Below are positions 60,704 through 64,000 of a DNA stretch of 64,000 bases, in pieces. Position 1 is the stretch's first letter. Every line of letters begins with the position of its first letter. The DNA is from a virus (taxonomy: Duplodnaviria; Caudoviricetes), in IMG/VR virus record IMGVR_UViG_3300020046_004224; one strand, given 5' to 3'. The notes under the pieces were generated by a model. It was not told the origin of the DNA. It ran no database searches and saw only the letters and a program-made list of their open reading frames with translations. The translations under genes were made by a program, and so were the position numbers.

Positions 60704-61674
60704 TACAATACTTTATAATGGTTAATGACATTCAATTCATCAAGTTGTCTAATCATACTTGAACTGATATGTGCGAATGATGGATCAGTGAAGATGTTAA
60801 TTGCCAATGTCTTAGTATGTTCTTTGATAAGCTGTTGAAATTCAAGTTCTGCTGTCAAGTCTCCACCATTACGAATACCTCTCACAATCGTAAGATTAAT
60901 ATATGGTGAGATTTTCCGAATAAATGTGAAAATGTCTGTATCAAACCGAATCGTCTCATGATTCTTTAGATATACATTTTCGGTAATGTTATATTGAGGA
61001 ACGGGTTTCCGTCTATCATGCCCCTGTGCAACAATAACTTTATCAAATAGAGTCTCAGCCCGAGTTAGAACATCCGTGTGCCCGATATGAAAAGGATTAA
61101 ACGAACCTACGAGAAGTCCGATATTAGGTTTCCATCTATTCAGATGATTGATGATGACATCAATCTTGGCTGAATTTACGAGTGGATGTTTTTTATAATG
61201 TGTAAGAATTCTCTTTCGATTATAAACATATGTCTCAAAATCGATGTGCTGAAATTCGTAGAACAGTTTTTTCTCCATCGTTGCAATATCAACGGATTCC
61301 TTGATAAAATAGGCCAAATCCTGTTGATGGAGCCATACCATATCTAAATCATTCGGATCAAATGATTTTACATGATCCTTAGTGGACATGATCAAATATT
61401 TAATCCGATCAACGTTTTTTGGTGATGGGGCACATACATATGGCTTATCGATATGATCAACTAGAATTTTACATGCAGTTTCTTCATTAGTATGAACTGT
61501 TGGATCATAACCAGCATCGTGTAATGCTGCTGCAATCGCCGCCTCTAACGTGGGGCATGAAGAAAAATCAAATGATCGAATATGATCGCTGTTATGATAT
61601 AATCTTTTGTCATCGGGGTACCATCTCCATACACTTGAGGGAATGATTTCAGTAAACCTAGAGTAATCGGGCAT
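60703..61674 (-). CDS. HD-domain / phosphopantetheine adenylyltransferase (CoaD-like) fusion
   Basis: N-terminal RLYHN..H, LHDAGY, NE; C-terminal GSFNPFHIGH, IVRGIR...D..AE, HISSS.IR. Confidence 0.8.
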   Translation of the reverse strand: MPDYSRFTEIIPSSVWRWYPDDKRLYHNSDHIRSFDFSSCPTLEAAIAAALHDAGYDPTVHTNEETACKILVDHIDKPYVCAPSPKNVDRIKYLIMSTKDHVKSFDPNDLDMVWLHQQDLAYFIKESVDIATMEKKLFYEFQHIDFETYVYNRKRILTHYKKHPLVNSAKIDVIINHLNRWKPNIGLLVGSFNPFHIGHTDVLTRAETLFDKVIVAQGHDRRKPVPQYNITENVYLKNHETIRFDTDIFTFIRKISPYINLTIVRGIRNGGDLTAELEFQQLIKEHTKTLAINIFTDPSFAHISSSMIRQLDELNVINHYKVL

Positions 61675-62236
61675 AATCGGTATAAATTGCTTTTCGGATT
61701 TTATCGGACTGTTCCATTAAATGAACTTCGTCCCGATTATTATCCACGATAAATGATACTTTGTCAAGGTATGTTTTCTCTGGTGTTTGAAATCCCAAAA
61801 CTTTGTAAATATTCTCTTCTGAAAGTCGTCTGAAATTTTGTAAACGAAAAATTCTATTATTTTCGTTTACTGTGACTGCAATAGTTGCATCGCACATTTC
61901 ATCAAAACCATACTCAAACAAAAGAGCAGATTCAATAATCGTATGTTGAAAAGTCTCAATTATTAACTTTGGTTCAATAAACGCTTCGATCTGTTTTTTC
62001 AATTCAGGATTGTCGAAATAATTAATTCTTAGAAAGTGTAGGTAATCCGATTCAGAACGCTTAAAGCCGAAAGATTTACAAATACGTTCAATATCAGTAC
62101 GATATTCAAAGCCTTTCAGGCATTTCAGACAATAAGAGTATTTCAAAATTTTTACTTTTACGAAGATTTTCGTATTTAGTAATATCTCGTTCTCTGGTTT
62201 CTTTAGTACTATACGGACTATCAGAATATTGAGCAA
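61658..62236 (-). pseudogene. N-terminally truncated dephospho-CoA kinase (CoaE-like)
   Basis: IIESALLFE.G....CD..I.V......RI.RL and FIVDN match the CoaE C-terminal half; no P-loop; 5' part overlaps another ORF. Confidence 0.6.
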
Positions 62237-62423
62237 CTTCTAGAATACGTTGATTATAATATTCGTGGTGATCTGTGACAAATTTTCTCCAAACTGTTTC
62301 AGCAGTGGATTTATCCATAATGTTAGCATGTTGAAAACCGCTAAACAAATCTCGCACCATAAAATAATCTATCCCATTCCGCGAAGACGAAGGAGTGAAA
62401 GTTGTTCTTTTAATAATATACAT
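62106..62423 (-). CDS. Hypothetical protein
   Basis: 105 aa ORF with ATG start. Confidence 0.55.
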   Translation of the reverse strand: MYIIKRTTFTPSSSRNGIDYFMVRDLFSGFQHANIMDKSTAETVWRKFVTDHHEYYNQRILEVAQYSDSPYSTKETRERDITKYENLRKSKNFEILLLSEMPERL

Positions 62424-62513
62424 AATTATTCAAGTGTGATATTCATTTTTTGTTTTTGATCGTTTCGTTACGACAGTATAAACAGTATTTTAGTCAGTTC
62501 AAGCGAAAAGTGA

Positions 62514-62541
62514 TTGACAAATGATTTTAATTTCGTAGAAT
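62514..62541 (+). promoter_or_regulatory. Promoter TTGACA-N16-TAGAAT
   Basis: 9 nt upstream of ATG 62551. Confidence 0.75.
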
Positions 62542-62550
62542 GGTGGTATC

Positions 62551-63345
62551 ATGACAGAGGAATATTTATTATCTAAAGGATGGACCGTCGAGGAAACCAG
62601 TGCCCACAGGTCGGTTAAGCTCTATAAATGTCCATGGGAGAAAGGAAAGTATAATGAACATGAACTGAAATATGCATGTATTATGCAGGAACAGAAGGAG
62701 TATTTGACAGATTACGGTATATACCCGAAACGTATTCAATTGAATGAATTTGGATGGGGTTTGTGGCTCGTATTAAAAGATAGATCATGTGGACATTATT
62801 GTTCTTTTGTCGAAGATTCCGAAACTGCAAATACATGGGTAGTGCATACTAAGGAGAATCTGAGGAATGGTTATCTCACTCTTGACAATTTTACACGGTA
62901 TTCAAACAATCAAAATTTGGGCACTTCTTATGATACAGTTGTTGATAATATCCTAATTTGGAAAGATAGGTGGGATGAACGATCTTATTTTTCTATTCCA
63001 ACTTTTCCGAAATATATGGAAACAGTAATGGAATTGTTGAAAGATCAATATCCTCACGGTATCAACGAATATTGGGATGAATTGCCAAAAATTCCTTCTT
63101 TCGGATTGGATATTGATACTATCCCAGAAGATTTTAAGATTGTTGCTAAACACAAAATTGATGAATATCACCACAAAATAAAAGAGAGACAGACGTATGA
63201 AAATAACCGAAAGGTTGTAAACGGTCTTCTCGAAAAATATAAGAATGGTTCTTTTGATGTTGCAGAAGTCTGGAACTGGTACCGCACATCAGATTTCAAA
63301 GATCAATTCCAAGTCGAAACCTTGACATCATTATGGAAAAATTAG
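62551..63345 (+). CDS. Hypothetical protein
   Basis: 264 aa ORF after a strong promoter. Confidence 0.65.
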   Translation: MTEEYLLSKGWTVEETSAHRSVKLYKCPWEKGKYNEHELKYACIMQEQKEYLTDYGIYPKRIQLNEFGWGLWLVLKDRSCGHYCSFVEDSETANTWVVHTKENLRNGYLTLDNFTRYSNNQNLGTSYDTVVDNILIWKDRWDERSYFSIPTFPKYMETVMELLKDQYPHGINEYWDELPKIPSFGLDIDTIPEDFKIVAKHKIDEYHHKIKERQTYENNRKVVNGLLEKYKNGSFDVAEVWNWYRTSDFKDQFQVETLTSLWKN

Positions 63346-63710
63346 TTTATCGTAGAAGCGGCGGCGATGGTTACACATATTCTTTTGAAGACTGGATTCC
63401 TTTTGTATATGAATCTAAAGAAAAATTCATAGATGATATGTTTGAATATGCATATAAGATGTTGACCGTTTTTGTTGAAAATCCTGATGGATGGAAAAAT
63501 CTGAATGACTGGTTGAAACAGAATGTGTTTTTTAAGAATCAAGAATTTGAAATCCATGATTTTTGGTTTTATAATAAACCTACCCATGATAAGAAGGGAC
63601 GAAATATCGTGGATATAAAAATAGAAAATTACACATATAATGATCCAATGGTTTTAACCGTGGACGAATGGTTTGAAAGAGAGGAAGATCAAGTATTATG
63701 GAAAAATTAA
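63333..63710 (+). CDS. Hypothetical protein
   Basis: GDGYTY and LTVDEWF motifs. Confidence 0.6.
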   Translation: MEKLVYRRSGGDGYTYSFEDWIPFVYESKEKFIDDMFEYAYKMLTVFVENPDGWKNLNDWLKQNVFFKNQEFEIHDFWFYNKPTHDKKGRNIVDIKIENYTYNDPMVLTVDEWFEREEDQVLWKN

Positions 63711-64000
63711 AAAATAGTATCACATCATTTCACAATATCCGAAAAAAATATACTAATTTAGGTGCCACCAATCCTGAAATAAATTATATTTTTCGGCAAA
63801 GGATTAGACGGTTCCGCGAATCTGGTGATATTAATCTTCCACAGAATCAAATTGAGTGGAAATTATTTGGTACGGAAGGTTCGTTTTTAGCTGCACAGGA
63901 ATTATCATTAGGACTGTTGAATGTCATTATGATTATCTCAAAAATACAAAGATATGCTTCTGCCGCTGATCGTGATGTAGCTATGGTATATTTAGAAACC
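63698..64000 (+). CDS. Partial hypothetical protein (runs off window end)
   Basis: MEKLKNSIT... open to position 64000 when read by hand. Confidence 0.55.
   Translation, partial: MEKLKNSITSFHNIRKKYTNLGATNPEINYIFRQRIRRFRESGDINLPQNQIEWKLFGTEGSFLAAQELSLGLLNVIMIISKIQRYASAADRDVAMVYLET

Noticed and set aside
1-64000. CRISPR array or a long regular repeat array near the RT
   Set aside because: No regularly spaced direct repeats seen; only two msr-like copies were found by eye, and the other CGATGCA hits checked (e.g. ~25667, 33237, 35807) lie in ORFs or lack the stems
1-64000. Alternative genetic code (stop-codon reassignment)
   Set aside because: Long genes are intact under code 11, all three stop codons terminate genes, and no suppressor tRNA was seen

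Overview
AT-rich segment of a large lytic myovirus (jumbo-phage-like) genome that uses the standard genetic code. 1-13.7 kb is a virion/baseplate module (gp6-like and gp25-like genes, tail-associated proteins) with an embedded sulfotransferase and a GT8-like glycosyltransferase. 13.7-22.2 kb is a tandem array of probable internal head proteins that share a T4-style N-terminal capsid-targeting leader. 22.2-25 kb is a convergent, visibly GC-richer junction with DUF932 and several structured non-coding stretches. 25-62 kb is a minus-strand early/accessory region of many small genes driven by TTGACA-N16-TANNNT promoters. It carries three tRNAs, two tRNA-like RNAs with abnormal anticodon loops, four free-standing homing endonucleases, a RuvB-like ATPase, PRTase, PspA, a K+ channel, an RNA ligase, an M20/M28 peptidase, a deaminase, a GNAT, an HD-CoaD fusion and a truncated CoaE. 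The main finding is a phage-encoded retron-like system at 50.47-52.13 kb. A retron-type RT (NAxxH, YADD, ITG) is fused to an uncharacterised C-terminal domain that also occurs in a nearby stand-alone protein. The RT is flanked on BOTH sides by homologous msr/msd-like ncRNAs whose 47-nt msr hairpins have identical architecture with compensatory base changes. All calls come from manual reading of the sequence; no database searches or folding programs were run.
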